From contig CM082598.2 in NCBI GenBank assembly GCA_040954595.2, positions 5,223,097-5,287,096 of the forward strand: 64,000 nucleotides of DNA, read 5' to 3'. The stretch comes from Balanoglossus misakiensis. Its lineage: Eukaryota; Animalia; Hemichordata. Within the stretch, counting starts at the first letter, position 1. Each line of letters starts with the position of its first letter. The notes below the pieces were generated by a model. It saw only the letters and a list, made by a program, of their open reading frames with translations, did no database searches and was not told the origin of the DNA. Of this stretch, positions 63,135-64,000 are shown piece after piece. Both the position numbers and the translations under genes were made by a program.

Positions 63135-63238
63135 TTTTCACGGGTTCCTAAAAGCGCCACGAGCTGCCGAGAACGTGCTGTTGAATGACGGCATTTGTCA
63201 TGAAACTGTTCGTGATTGATGACTAAATGCATCCGAAC

Positions 63239-63612
63239 TTAAAGGCACATGAGCTGCAACTGGATAAAAAAAATTAAGCTTCAAATATATGCTTTTAATT
63301 ATGTCTATTCAATGATATTTCATGACAGTTGATCAAGATCGACACTTATTTATGACAAAATGGCCAAAAATTAAAGAAAATCGAAAAATCCTGCAATTTT
63401 TAAAAAAAGTGCAATTTTGCAATGACAAAAAGAGAATGTAATGTCTTCTAGTGAATGAGATTATGCATTGTTTATGGCGTCTCATAGTGGGAAATGCAAC
63501 GTTTTCATTGTTTCTTACATTTTCCCACGGTGGCGGCCATGTTCCTTTGCAGCAAAGCTTTATTATATATCTGGTTAAAACTTGCATATGCCCTCATACT
63601 GTGTGCCTTTAA
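63239..63612. mobile_element. TTAA-AGG (Kolobok-like) MITE
   Basis: TTAAAGGCACA...TGTGCCTTTAA. Confidence 0.6.
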
Positions 63613-64000
63613 AGATAACATGGACAAATACAGACACTTCGACAATCGTAAAATATGACCCACACACAAGAATCTGCACTACAGCGTTAAATCAAAACCA
63701 AAGTGTTCTGTTCGGACAAGTCTAAACGTACACTCTACCGACAAAGAGGGCTTTACGGTTTTTAGAGGTTAACTTCAATGAAGGTACGGGTGACCTATGC
63801 ACAGGAACGAGATGACCTACATTTGCAGGCGAGTCATACTACTCAGTCTATCAGGCGACTTGTCGCACGATATCAGTGTTATCAGTACATGTACCTTGTT
63901 GTACTTGTAAATTATCAATTATTGGCATAACGCGTCTTTGGTAGTATATTTCGGCCAGCCATAAAGTCACAGATGAAAAAAGCAAAGATCTTTAAAGATC

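Overview
Eukaryotic (animal) genomic DNA, AT-rich and intron-rich. An invertebrate deuterostome such as a hemichordate or echinoderm is my inference from the gene and repeat content. Four spliced genes were assembled by hand from GT-AG boundaries with consistent phases. (1) A complete 5-exon, 217-aa prepro-neurotrophin (NGF/BDNF-family cystine knot) on the - strand, 1546-21241, almost absent from the ORF track; its third intron holds a ~14.4-kb array of ~164 88-bp satellite monomers. (2) A complete carnitine O-palmitoyltransferase 1 (CPT1, 768 aa, 17 coding exons) on the - strand, 26885-39781. (3) A secreted 503-aa protein with three F-type lectin (FTP/F5/8-like) domains and a Pro/Thr linker on the + strand, 49676-55511. 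(4) The first four exons of a cytosolic sulfotransferase on the + strand, from 58124 and running off the window. An orphan, intact copy of one lectin exon lies 29 kb away at 23001-23219. The rest consists of several MITE families, microsatellites and short tandem repeats. Most ORF-track entries are microsatellite or MITE artefacts.
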